From assembly GCF_009914755.1 (NCBI RefSeq), contig NC_060930.1: DNA of 64,000 nt. The stretch is one strand, 5' to 3'. How positions within the stretch are numbered: position 1 is the stretch's first letter; every line of letters begins with the position of its first letter. The notes under the pieces were generated by a model. It was not told the origin of the DNA. It ran no database searches and was given only the letters and a program-made list of their open reading frames with translations. Shown here piece by piece: positions 1 to 17,262 of this stretch. The position numbers and the translations under genes were made by a program. This DNA comes from the human T2T-CHM13v2.0 reference genome, Homo sapiens.

Positions 1-1154
1 TGTAAATATTTTTCATTAACTAAATATTGAGCATCTCAATGATGTATCCATTAATAAAATATTTATGTGTAAACCCTGGAGAATATAAAGAGCATCATCA
101 AATGAAATGAGCAAACAAAAGTGGTTGGCAGCAGTTCCAAGATGGCAGAATAGGAACAGCTCCAGTCTACAGCTCCCAGCCTGAGTGATGCAGAAGACGA
201 GTGATTTCCACATTTCCAACTGAGGTACCAGGTTCATCTCACTGGGGCTTGTCAGACAGTGGGGGCAGGATAGTGGGTGCAGCCTACTGAGCATGAGCTG
301 AAGCAGGGTGAGGCATTGCCTCACCCGGGAAGCACAAGGGGTCAGGGAATTCCCTTTACTAGCCAAGGGAAGTGGTGACGGATGGCACCTGGAAAATCGG
401 GTCACTCTCACCCTAATACTGCACTTTTCCAGTGGTCTTAGCAAATGGCACACCAGGAGATTATATCCCATGCCTGGCTTGGAGGGTCCCACGCCCATGG
501 AGCCTCGCTCATTCCTAGCGCAGCAGTCTGAGATCAAACTGCAAGGCAGCAGCGAGGCTGAGGGAGGGACGCCTGTCATTGCTGAGGCTTGAGAAGGTAG
601 ACAAAGCAGCTGGGAAACTCAAACTGGGTGGAGCCCACCGCAGCTCAAGGAGGCCTGCTTGCATCTGTAGACTCCACCTCTGTGGGCAGGGCATAGCCGA
701 ACAAAAGACAGCAGAAACCTCTGCAGACTTAAATGTCCCTGTTTGACAGTTTTGAAGAGAATAGTGGTTCTCGCAGCACAGAGTTTGAAATCTAAGAATG
801 AACATACTGCCTTCTCAAGTGGGTCCCTGACCCCCAAGTAGCCTAACTGGGAGGCACCCTCCAGTAGGGGCAGACTGACACCTCACACAGCTGGGTACCC
901 CTCTGAGACGAAGCTTCCAGAGGAACGATCAGACAACAACATTTGCTGTTCAGCAATATTTGCTGTTCTGCAACCTCCGCTTCTGACACCCAGTCAAACA
1001 GGGTCTGGAGTGGACCTCCAGCAAAGTCCAACAGACCTGCAGCTGAGGGTCCTGACTGTTAGAAGGAAAACTAACAAACAGAAAGGACATCCACACCAAA
1101 ACCCCATCTATACATCACCATCATGAAAGACCAAAGGTAGATAAAACCACAAAG

Positions 1155-2190
1155 ATGGGGAAAAAACAGAGCAGAAAAGCTGAGAATTCTAAAAATCAGA
1201 GCAACTCTCCCCCTCCAAAGGAATGCAACACCTCGCCAGCAATGGAACAAAGCTGGATGGAGAATGACTTTGACGAGTTCAGAGAATAAGGTTTCAGATG
1301 ATCAAACTTCTCTGAGCTAAAGGAGGATGTTCGAACCCATTGAAAAGAAGCTAAAAACCTTGAAAAAAGATTAGACAATTGGTTAACTAGAATAAACAGT
1401 ATAGAGAAGTCCTTAAATGAGCTGATGGAGCTGAAAACCATGGCACGAGAACTACATGATGAATGCACAAGCTTCAGTAGCCGATTCGATCAACTGGAAG
1501 AAAGAGTATCAGTGATTGAAGATTAAACAAATGAAAGGAAGCGAGAAGAGAAGTTTAGAGAAAAAAAGAGTAAAAAGAAATGAACAAAGCCTCCAAGAAA
1601 TATGGGACTATATGAAAAGACCAAATCTACATCTGATTGGTGTACCTGAAAGTGATGGGGAAAATGGAACCAAGTTGGAAAACACTCTGCAGGATACTAT
1701 CCAGGAGAACTTCCCCAATCTAGCAAGGCAGACCAACATTCAAATTCAGGAAATACAGAGAATGCCACAAAGATATTCCTTGAGAAGAGCAACTCCAAGA
1801 CACATAATTGTCAGATTCACCAAAGTTGAAATGAAGGAAAAAATGTTAAGGGCAGCCAGAGAGAAAGGTTGGGTTACCCACAAAGGGAGGCCCAGCAGAC
1901 TAACAGCAGATCTCTCGGCAGAAACTCTACAAGCCAGAAGAGAGTGGGGACCAATATTCAACATTCTTAAAGAAAAGAATTTTCAACCCAGAATTTCATA
2001 TCCAGCCAAACTAAGCTTCATAAGTGAAGGAGAAATAAAATACTTTACAGAAAAGCAAATGCTGAGAGATTTTGTCACCACTAGGCCTGCCCTACAAGAG
2101 CTCCTGAAGGAAGCACTAAACATGGAAAGGGACAACCGGTACCCAGCCACTGAAAAACTCATGCCAAATTGTAAAGACCATCAATGTTAG
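1155..2190 (+). pseudogene. L1 ORF1p remnant
   Basis: MGKKQSRK start, internal stops and a frameshift; C-terminal half in ORF 1516..2190. Confidence 0.9.
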
Positions 2191-2237
2191 GAAGAAACTG
2201 CATCAACCAACGAGCAAAATAACCAGCTAACATCATA

Positions 2238-6080
<3,843 letters not shown>

Positions 6081-7828
6081 TGAGAACACTTGGACACAGG
6101 GAGGGGAACATCACACACCGGGGCCTGTCGTGGGGTGGTAGGAGGGGGGAGGGATAGCATTAGGAGATATACCTAATGTAAATGATGAGTTAATGGATGC
6201 AGCACACCAACATGGCGCATGTATACATATGTAACCAACCTGCACGTTGTGCACATGTACCCTAGAACTTAAAGTATAAAAGTAAAAGAAAAAAAAAGTT
6301 GACCATATGTTGAGTCAAAGCAAATATCAACAAATTTCAAGACACTGAAATAATTAGAAACATGTAATTTTATCTTGGTGGAAATAACCTAGATATCAGT
6401 ACAAAAAATAAACAAGAAATCCCCCCCCCCCCAAAAAAAAAGAAAAAACAAAGTAAGTGATGAAGAAAAATATCACCAAAAGAAATTGAACATTAACATT
6501 ATGTGGTTCTATAACCTGTAATATTGGTGGTAATTAATTTTTTAATTTGTTGGGATGCTAGTTAAGTTGATAGTGTGACTTTTCTGTGAGAAAACAAAAC
6601 AGTATAAATGAGCAGATAAACCACTCAGTAAAATTTTATAGGGTTGGAGTTTTATAGAGAATCACGGGAAAGTAAAAGAAGAAAGGACGAAAAGACAATA
6701 ACAAGAAACTGTTCCTTTATCTGAATGGGTGAGTGATATAGGCTGGAAAGAGTCTATGAATCCAGGAGATGATGCTAAGATTGGGAGTGAATAAAAAGAT
6801 GAAAGTTCTGGAGGTATATGTGCACATGAAATAATCAAGAATGTGAAGCTTTGGAAACGAGTAAGATAAGTAATATTTGCAATTGAAAGAGAGAGAACTT
6901 CATGTCAATGTCAGGTCTAGAAGTCGATCATTGGTGTGGCATAGTTGGAGTGTCGGTGAAGGTCATAAGAGCTATGGTTAAGGAATTCTGAATTAAGGGT
7001 GGAAGATGGTTTTGTCCCAAAAGACATAGAGATAACTTAGCACAATGACAAGATCTGAGGTAGAGGAGAATATTGAGACAGTACCTGAGTCGATGCTGAA
7101 TATCAGGGCAAGACTTTGAGGTTAATATTTGACAAAAGAAAAGAGGGAGGCACAACCCGACAGCATAAAATTCAAAGAAGGAGAAATGTTTTATAAGGAT
7201 GAATAATTAATATTTTGGAAGCTACAAAGCTGGAAAAGTAGATATAAACACATTCTAATGATATCGTGGTATGATCTATATGGGAAATGGGTAGGATTCA
7301 CTAGCAAGAGCTACAGGGAAGTGAGGCTAGAGAAAATCTAGGCTTCCCAGATATTACACTTTTCTATTTTTCTTCTTGCTTCCATGGGTGATTCTTCTCA
7401 GTCTCTTTTGAGCATCTTCTTTTGCTTTTGCTTTAAATGTTGCCACATACCCTCTAAAAAAGAAATCTCTGTTGCATTTAATTCAACTAGTCATTTTATA
7501 GAAACATGTTTGTCTACTAGTTTATTGTAAGCATATTTCTTATCAGATTATAAAATATAAATCAAAATATTTACATATACAAGAGTTTAGTTTCTGATAT
7601 TATCAATGTTAAGAAAAAGAAGATGGATGGAAGTACTTCTGATTCTAATATTAGATATTAGAGCATATTTTAGGGATTGTTGGATATTTTCTGATGAACT
7701 GTATAGGATTTTATAACTCACATGTAGGTCTTATTGGTGAATACTTTTATTTGTTTCCTGAACATATTGACCTTCAACTCCTCTTTCAGTAAAAGCCACT
7801 GTTTAAAATATCCTCTGGGAAAAAATGA

Positions 7829-7854
7829 GTGTGTGTGTGTGTGTGTGTATGTGT
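7829..7854 (+). repeat. (GT)n microsatellite
   Basis: Direct inspection. Confidence 0.9.
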
Positions 7855-8004
7855 AAATGCTAGTTTTATATTTAATGTGTAAATGTTAATTTCATACAAA
7901 ATTAGCATTTAATGTATAAGTATTAAAATGTAATACCTTCTATGAAGCACTTTATTTTCAGACACTAAAAATAACTGTTTTGTTGTGTTGGTAACAAGTA
8001 CTCA

Positions 8005-8407
8005 TATAGTAAGTAAATTAGGCTGCTCTGGCTACCATAACGAAATACTACGGGCTGGGTGGCTTAAAAAGCAAAAATTGTATTTTTCCCCAGTTCCGGA
8101 TTACGAAAAATCTCAGATAAAGGTCCCCAGAATCTTTTCCTGGCTAGGACTCTTCTTTTACTAGCTTGTAGATAGCCAGCCACATTTTCCCTGCGTTCTC
8201 AGGACCTTTCTTCAGTGAGTACTCCAGGGGAGAGAGACAGCTAGCTCCCTGAAGTCTTCTGACATGGACACTAATCCTATTCGATCAGGGCCCCACTCTT
8301 ATGACCTCTTTTAACCTAAAGACACCATCACCCCATAACTGCACACGGAGATTATGGCTCCAACTTATGAATGTAGGGGTAATGAGAAAAACATTCAGTC
8401 AATAACA
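8005..8407 (-). mobile_element. MaLR solo LTR (MLT1A/B-like)
   Basis: ccataacgaaatactacgggctgggtggcttaaa...cagggccccactcttatgacctc...acattcagtcaataaca; recognised by eye. Confidence 0.7.
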
Positions 8408-9680
8408 GTGAGTGAAGCTGTTGTTTATTTAGGTCTACACAGTAGTTTCTTGAATATATTTTAGTCAGTGGCACAGCCTTACCAATCATTCCCAATGCAG
8501 GGGTACTAATCCATAAAAGAATGTCCAGCCTAGACTTTTGTACCTGTTACAAAAGCTATATGACTCCCTGGGATCTGTTTGTTGGGATTTTATTAGATAT
8601 GGAATAGTAGCACAGAAGTTGGAACCTCCAGATCTTCCTCAGAGAGGCGGGATGATGGGTGGGATCAAGAAGAAAGAGTGGTTCTCAAGCTGAGACTTGA
8701 TCAATTAAAAAAATGAAAAACAATGCATAATGAGAATAGCTTGGACAATATAAGGAGTCTGGAAGGCCATGACACACCTGGGGGTAGAAGTAAGTTTCCT
8801 GTGATAGTACCATCTTATATGTGCACTAGACTAGCAGGCAGGAAATATGAACAAACAGCTCAGATTAGGACATAATCATGAAGGGACATTTATGCCATAA
8901 CAAAACTTATTATCTTAATATCCAATGAAAAAATAATAATTTTCATTTCAAAATGAAAATCTTATCATCTGATTCCCCTGCCACTTTATGGATACATTAG
9001 TGCTCCTTATAGTTTCTTTTGGCTTTGTTTTATATGTCTGTATTTCCTTCTGGGCTGTGGGATGCTCGATGACAGGGACTGCAGATTTGCATCCTCAGTT
9101 TGTCACCTGGTACATAGTAGGGAACCAACCAATGTTCCTTTAAAGATTTTGGAATTAGATGAACACCGAGTTCATTTTCGTTGATGAGATTTTTCAATAC
9201 TATAATTATAATTTCTAAGAACTCTTGGAGGATAAGATAATCAGAGGTGAAACTGGTTTTAAAAATTGCATTTCATACTAAAGAAGACCCTTCTGAGAAG
9301 GGTTTTTATGCTGGGCAGGGTGGGAGGTAGTGTTCAGAAAATATTCCTTCTGTTTTTTTTTTTTTTTCCCCAGTCAGCATCCAATGTTTGTTTACTCCGT
9401 GCACACAGTCTAATCACTAGCATTTATTTAAGTCTTCAAGTAACTGAATCCTCAGAGCAGGGCTGTATAGCTCACTTGAATGATATTTCAGAGGCTTGTT
9501 TTCTTCATCTATACCACATTAATTTTGAATATCAAGGGCTAAATACATGTTACATAACCTTGTATGTACTTTTGCTTGAATATATGTGGACTTTACTCAA
9601 TTTATAAATGTGGCCCACGTTTTCCTAGGAAATTCAGAAAATTGTTCAATAATGAAATAATTTCTTTGTTTTCCTTCTAG

Positions 9681-9734
9681 ATAACGTGAAAGAGGATAAA
9701 TTCAAATGGAATCTAACTACACGTTCCCATCATG
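9681..9734 (+). CDS. GFRAL: GFRAL exon 4 (linker between D1 and D2): (D)NVKEDKFKWNLTTRSHH(G)
   Basis: Polypyrimidine tract ending ttctag, 54-nt exon, G|gtaatg donor. Phase 1-1. Translation matches recalled human GFRAL and joins exon 5 in frame. Confidence 0.95.
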
Positions 9735-9968
9735 GTAATGTTTTTAAGTTATTATTTTGATCTGCATTGCAAATACCTGATAATATAAAATGCAGTTACC
9801 AGGCTTCTTAAAGATAGGCCAATACAGAACAAATCATGTGGTTTAACAGTTCTAATATAATAAAATGCAACAAAATCATTTCATTTCTTTTACTAATGAT
9901 GCATCAAAGCAACTACTTTGCCCATCCATTATCAATTTATACATGTGCTAAGAAATACTTAATAATTA

Positions 9969-10292
<324 letters not shown>

Positions 10293-10841
10293 TCCAAATA
10301 GTAGATAGTGATTACATTTAATAGGTATTTGTGATCATATAAGTTATTTGGCACCAACTGTTTTTGTGTATACTTGTGTATCTGTAGGAGTATAAACATT
10401 TATATATGCTAGAATAAATATGTGGAGCCTTTATTCAAGATTCCCCTCACAAAAATGTGCAACAGAACAAGAATCATTTTGCCTTGAGCCAATGAGCTAA
10501 CCATAAGCTACATAGTTCAAATGCAATTTCTGAAGATTTATCGTTTACATTTGAAAACCTTGGACTGGAAGATTTTTCCTTCAGCTCAATTTTGGCCCAG
10601 CACGCTTCCCATCACTCTAGATCACAATGTGTATCCTGTATAGATGAAAGATGATTCCGATAAGTCTACGATTTAGGTCTCAGTAAATTCATACTTACTC
10701 TAAAAGATGTAATGTTTGCCAAAAATAGGACATTGGTACATCATTGTATTTTGCTCATAGACTTCTCACAGTGTTTTATAGTTTCTGTATGTACAACTTT
10801 GTGTTTACTTTTCCACGACCTGGGCATATCATTGCTTTCAG

Positions 10842-11172
10842 GATTCAAAGGGATGTGGTCCTGTTTGGAAGTGGCAGAGGCATGTGTAGGGGATGTGGTC
10901 TGTAATGCACAGTTGGCCTCTTACCTTAAAGCTTGCTCAGCAAATGGAAATCCGTGTGATCTGAAACAGTGCCAAGCAGCCATACGGTTCTTCTATCAAA
11001 ATATACCTTTTAACATTGCCCAGATGTTGGCTTTTTGTGACTGTGCTCAATCTGATATACCTTGTCAGCAGTCCAAAGAAGCTCTTCACAGCAAGACATG
11101 TGCAGTGAACATGGTTCCACCCCCTACTTGCCTCAGTGTAATTCGCAGCTGCCAAAATGATGAATTATGCAG
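10842..11172 (+). CDS. GFRAL: GFRAL exon 5 (GDNF-receptor domain D2, GDF15-binding, plus start of D3): FKGMWSCLEVAEAC...CQNDELCR
   Basis: tttcag acceptor, AG|gtgggt donor, 331 nt. Cys-rich GFRalpha-domain pattern inside ORF 10712..11227. Confidence 0.97.
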
Positions 11173-11627
11173 GTGGGTAAAAACACTCATACCTTACTTT
11201 CTTATTTCGGCACCTTATTTGTTATAGTCCAGTCCTAACACTTGATCTCATAACATTAGCTAGAGTTCCCACCATCATCCAACATAGTGTAAATAAAACC
11301 AGACAATTAATATTTTTTTGAATCTGTGGTACATATGCAGTATCATCTGAAATTCAAATGCAGAGTAGATTTTTGAAATAAAAAATCAGCATGTCAAAAT
11401 ATGGTAGCCATGAAATAATATTATAAAAATTATGTATTCAAGTTAGACTAATGAATTGGTTAATAGACCTGACTTACATATCAGCTTTTTAATTTTTTTT
11501 TTGTTGTTTGTTTAATTATGTAAGGCTGTTACAAATTTATTATTTTGGCAAGGAGACTCTTCAAACTTTGAAATAAATTCTTTCTGTCTTAGGCTGGAGA
11601 TCAGGAGGAAGAAGGTAGCATAAATAC

Positions 11628-12309
11628 TCACATGAGTGGTGCAAAGTCAGAGATAACCAGGTCCACACACATTTGTGTCTTTTCACAATGTCAGGCTTTA
11701 ATACTGTTCAATCACAAAAGCCACAAGCTACATGGAGTTCCCAAGGAGGCAGTTCTCCTTAGTACTTCTCATTCACTTTGTTTTCAGAGCCATGGGTACA
11801 CAGGCTCAAGCCACTCCACAAATCAGTCAATATTGCAAACCATACATAATAATATACTTAATATATAAGGATTATAGGTTAAACATTCCACAACAAAGTA
11901 ACATTTAACATTAAGAGAAAAAGGATAGAGAAAAGGGTTAATGAAAAAGTCCAGGAAGAGTGACAAAAACAAAGATTCTTCTGGTCTTATCTGGGCTGTC
12001 CATTGATCTTGCAAAGAAGAGTCTGATGTGGGGAGAATTGTTGGCAGCAGATGCTGGGTGCTTATGAGCGACAGCAAGATGGTGTCAGGTAAGATGGCCA
12101 TTTTGAGCTGCTGAAGTCCTACTCTCTTTATGGCCACAGAGTCCTCTTGAGAGGACCGATAGTGGAAGAGTATGCTTGTTTATGTCCTTATTTGGTTGGA
12201 TGCAGTATTGTTTATTTAGCAAAATATTTTGTCCCTGTTGGAAAAGTACCGTATGAAATCTAAGATGGAGTCTTTTTTGGAGTTACTTATGTCAAGGATG
12301 CTCTATACA
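11628..12309 (-). mobile_element. ERV1-class solo LTR (MER72-like, tentative)
   Basis: On - strand begins TGTATAGAGCATCCTTGACATAAGTAACTCC...AAGACTCCATCTT and ends GGACCTGGTTATCTCTGAC. Confidence 0.55.
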
Positions 12310-13249
12310 AGTAGGATTTGGACATCCCTAGCACACGTGTATGCCATGACCATAGAAATGTATTCATTCTCCTCTTTCTAACCTCACACCTTTAATTATT
12401 GGGGGAGTAATGTTAGTCGTTTATTTATTAATTCAAAAAAAATTTATCAAGCACCTACTACTACTCTAGGCAATGGCGAATAAGGAAAACAAATGCCTAT
12501 GGATCTTATAGTCCAGAGAGAAGACAGATATTAAATTAAAAATGTATGTGTTGTTTTAAGGCAAACAACACTAGGCAAACAGTAGATACTGAGAGAGGAG
12601 ATACTAAGCAAACTGACCAGCCAGTGCTTAGGAAAACATGTATGTGGCATTTTAGAAAAGCAGTGAGGGTAGAGTGTGCAAAGGGGAGAGAAATAGGAGC
12701 GAGATAAGAGAGTTAATTGAGTGGGTGTGAACAGGCCTATATCATATGAGGGCTTGAAGGACACTGCCTAGGGCTTCGGACATGTAGGTGGCTTAGTGTG
12801 TGATTTGTCATATTTGTCCCCTTGTTTCAACTACTGGCAAAAAAACACAAAAAGTAATGATATCAACTTCCTGAAGGTTCTTAGTAAAATTCTCTCTTTT
12901 AGCTTTTTAACTATGTCTACTCTTATTTTCAGTCACTCTAACTGGCAAAGTAGTTCCAGATCTTGTAAACATTTGTTAAAAAGAACTGCTTCCCTATAGC
13001 ACACATTCTATGAAATAAGTGGTAAAGAGCTAAGCAGAGTCCTAGAGCATTGACATATTTCTTCAACTTATAGGATATCAAGGTTCTTAAAATTGTATTC
13101 AAGAATTTTTCATGCAAATGTGTCAGTTATTTTAAGGCTTATTATTTATTTTTCTTGAGTGAATAAGGCATTGACAAAATACTTTTTATAATGCAATTTA
13201 GGTTTTTCAAACTCATTTATCATCTCAAAAATCCTTATTAGAGAAATAC

Positions 13250-13447
13250 TACATTTCATTGATTCTAAGATGCAATTTCTTTTTACACATTTTAACATCT
13301 CTGACATATTTTAAATAAATTTTTAAGGTCAATAACAAAGACATTTGTCATAATTTAAGTTCCAGCAGGTGTTTTTTGTTGTTATTGTTGTTGTACATAA
13401 AATAATGGTATCTTCTGAAATCAATGAAATATGAAATCAATGAAATA
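13250..13447. mobile_element. Small TIR DNA transposon (MER104/Kanga-like, TcMar-Tc2)
   Basis: Inverted termini ATTTCATTGATT...AATCAATGAAAT; the right end is duplicated in tandem (16 nt). Confidence 0.55.
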
Positions 13448-14795
13448 TCAAACACATGTGATTACACTACTTTTCTCACCTCAAATGAACTAAAACTATT
13501 ACTATTCTGCCTTTCTAACTATCATATTCCTACATCAACAATGAAACCTAATAATATTTTAACCAGCCAGGGCCAGGGGCACCATGGTTTCAATAGCAAA
13601 ATCACTATAAAAATATCAGATTTATTCACAGATGGGTACCCAGCTTTGCCTGATTCCAGTGCCAGGGCTTTCGATATGCTATCTAATTATCTGGAAGCCA
13701 TTAGCATTCAACCTTCAAAGCATGGTATTTCTGAGCATCCACATCAAAGAAAATATTTTAATAGCAAGTGATGGCTCTGCTGCTATAGTCCTTGAGAATT
13801 CCTGTGATAGACTCTGAAGCACACACTCTTACACTAACCTCCCCTTGGTATCAACACCTTCTCAGATGGACTGGCACAGAGTTGATGATTTTCCTCAACA
13901 AGGACCCCCAGCTTTAACCACCTTTTCAAAATGTTTGGTGTGGGGTCTGGAGTGGGATAAGCACTCAAAAAACGTCATCTCCCTTCCTCTCACTTTTGAA
14001 TATTGTACACTTAATTGTTATATTTTAGTATACATATATGTATTTCTTCTCATGTAATTTATTTCTTAGATTAGTTCAAGTGTAAGGACTGTGTGTCTTC
14101 AATTTCCTTTCACTATGTGCAAATAGTCCCTTAATCAGTACTTTATAGAGGTGATGGAAATGTTATATAATATTAGTAGTCAATGTGAAAAGACAAATCC
14201 TATCATTTTCCTGAGCACATTTTGCCTTAGGGAGATTTCCAGCTTTTATATTAAATTATTGTTAATGTAATTCAGATGAAAAACAAATCTCCAAATGGAA
14301 AACCACTTCTTCAATGAGAATATTAAGCCCTTTATGATACTTATCTTTTTTGCAGAAGAGCCTGTACATAGGCAAAACAGGGCACTTCAGTTTTAAAATA
14401 CAATTTCTGTCCCTGTTCCAAATTTTTCAATTCACGATGGGCTTTGAAATTCCTTTATTTTTTAACTGCCAAAGAGAACAATTTAAGGGCCATTTCTCAA
14501 TTACCTTTCTCTAGTACCGACACCCTCAGGGAGGTGAGATTATGTCTTGCCAATTTCACAAAAGTCTGGGTATTTACAGAAAATTATAATACATTATATT
14601 TTTATATATTAACTTAAAAAAGTAATGACAAGGTATTTGCTTAGGAAATATTCTAAATACTTTTAAATATGTATGCATTATTTAATTGATTTAAAACAGA
14701 TGACATCATATTATATACTTCTCTATATATTGTTTTTGTTTTTTTTCCCTAAATGTGGATTAAAGATCTTTCCATAATTGCATATAAGAAAATTC

Positions 14796-14950
14796 ACACA
14801 TCAGGGTCTGTTAGGGAGTCGGGGGCGAGGGGAGGGAACTTAGAGGACAGGTCAATAGGTGCAGCAAACAACCATGGCTCATGCGTACCTATGTAATAAA
14901 CCTGCACGTTCTGCACATCTATCTCATTTTTCTTAGAATAAATTAAAAAA
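14796..14950 (+). mobile_element. Short L1PA 3'-end fragment
   Basis: L1 3' UTR (ataggtgcagcaaac...acctgcacgttctgcac) and A-tail. TSD AAGAAAATTC at 14786-14795 and 14951-14960. Confidence 0.85.
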
Positions 14951-15044
14951 AAGAAAATTCTCAAATGTTTGAATGGCTATAGAGTATGCCATTGCATGGA
15001 TGTAGCTTAATTAATTTGCTTAGTCTTTTTTGGACATTTAGACA

Positions 15045-17262
15045 TATTCCAAGTATCTTATTTTATTTGTAGCTATTGTAAATGGGACTACTTTGAAGAT
15101 TTGTTTTTCAGATTGCTTGCTGTTAGCATATAGAAATGCTACTGATTTTTGTATGTTAATTTTATATCTTGCAACTTTACTGAATTTGTTGATCAGTTCT
15201 AAGAGTTCCTTGGTGGAGTCTTTGGGTCTTTTCAAATATAAAATTATATAATCTGCAAACAAATTTTTCTACCTTTCTAATTTGGATGCCCCCCTTTTCT
15301 TTTCCTTCTCTTGTCTAATTGCTGGGCTAGGACTTCCAGCACTATGTTGAATAATAGTGATGAAAGTAGGCATCCTTGTCTCATTACAGATCATAGAGGA
15401 AAAGCTTTCAGTTTTTCCCCATTTTATATGATACTAGCTATTGGTCTGCTCTGTCATATATGGCATTTATTCTGTTGAGGTATATTCCTTCTATATCCTG
15501 GTTTTGAGGCTTTTATCATGAAGGAACGTAGAGAACTTTAGCAAATGCTTTTTCAGCATCAATTGAAAAGATCATGTTTTATGTCCTTCATTTTGTTGAT
15601 ATGATGTATCAAACTGATTGATTTTCATATATTGAACCATCCTTGTATCACTAGGATAAATCCCACGTGGTCATGATGAAAAATCTTAATGTGTTGTTGC
15701 ATTTGGTTTGCTAGGATTTTGTTGAGGATTTTTGCATTAATGTTCTTCAGGAAAATTGTCCTGTAGTTTACTTTCCTTGGTATGTCTTGTCTGGTTTTGG
15801 TATTAGGGTGATACTGGCCTCAAAGAATGAGTTTGGAAGTATTCCCTCCTCTATTGTTGGAAATATTTTTAGTAGAATTGGTATTAGTTCCTCTCTAAGT
15901 GTTTGGTAAAATTCAGCATCATGTCCCAGGTTTTCCCTTGCTGGGAGACTTTCTATTATAGCTTCGATCTCATTACTTGTTATTGGTCTGTTCAGGATTT
16001 GGATTTCTTTATAGTTCAATCTTGGTAGGTTGTGTCTACAAATTTATTCACTTATCCATTTTAGATTTTCTGATGTATTGGCATATATTTGCTCATAGTA
16101 GGCTTCAATGATCCTTCGAATTTCTGTGGCATCATTTGTAATATTTCCTTTTTAATCTCTGATTTCATTTATTGAGGTCTTCTGTTTCTTTTTATTAGCC
16201 TAGCTGATGGTTTGGAGATTTTATCTTTCCAAAAGACCAACTTTTCATTTTGTTAATCTTTTGAATTTTTTTTGTTTCACTTTCATTTATTTCTGCTCTG
16301 AAGTTTATTTTCTACTATTAATTTTGGGTTCAGTTTGCTCTTGCTTTTCTAGTTCTTTAAGATGCGTTGCTAAGTTGTTTATTTGAAGTTTTTCTACTTT
16401 TTTGATGTAGGTGCTTATTTCTATAAACTTTTCTCTTAATACTGCTTTTTCCATATCCCACAGGTTTTGGTATGTTGTTCTTCCATTTTCATTGTTTTAA
16501 TACACCTCTAAATTTTACTCTTAATTTCTTTATTTGCACACTGGACAATCAGGAGCATATTGTTTAATTTCCATGTATTTGTATAGTTTTCAAAGTTCCT
16601 CTTGTCATTGATTTCTAGTTTTATTCCATTGTCATCAGAGAAAATACTTGATATGATTTCAAGTTTTTGAAAATTTTAAGACTTGCTTTTTAGCTAACAT
16701 ATGGGTTACCATTGACAACGATCTGCGTGCTGAGGAGAATAATGTGTATTCTTCAGCTATTGTATGAAATGTCCTGTAAATATCTATTAGGTACATTTTA
16801 TCTATAGTGCAGATTAAGACTGATGTTTCTTTGTTGATTTTCTGTCTGAATGATCTGTCCAATGCTGAAAGTGAGATGTTGAAGTCTCTCTCTTTAGGTC
16901 TAATACTATTTGCTTTACATGTCTAGGTACTGCAGTGTTGGGTGCATATATATTTACAATTGTTATATCTTCTTGCTGAGTTGAATCTGTTATCATTATA
17001 TAATCACCTTCTTTATCTTTTTATAGTTTTTTTCTTGAAATCTATTTTGTCTAATTAAAGTATAGCTACTCCTGCTTCTTTTTTTGGTTCCATTGGCATA
17101 GAATATCTTTTTCCATCCCTTTATTTTTCAATCTATGTGTTTCTTTATAGATGATGTATGCTTCTTAGAGGTAACAGATCATTGGCTCGTTTTATTTTTA
17201 ATCCGTTTAATCCATTCAGCCATACTATGTCTTTTAATTGGAGACTTTAGTCCATTTACATT
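15045..17262 (-). mobile_element. Older L1 (L1M/L1PB-type) internal ORF2 fragment, endonuclease to RT
   Basis: Degenerate ORF2 peptides ([32 protein letters not shown]) on - strand. Confidence 0.88.

Noticed and set aside
10712-10841. Hydrophobic N-terminal part of ORF 10712..11227, which looks like a signal peptide in frame with exon 5
   Set aside because: It is the T-rich 3' end of intron 4, and T-rich DNA naturally encodes hydrophobic residues. There is a clear acceptor at 10841 and no evidence for an internal promoter.
13424-13771. 115-aa ORF in intron 5
   Set aside because: Starts inside a DNA-transposon terminal duplication; no recognisable domain or splice support.
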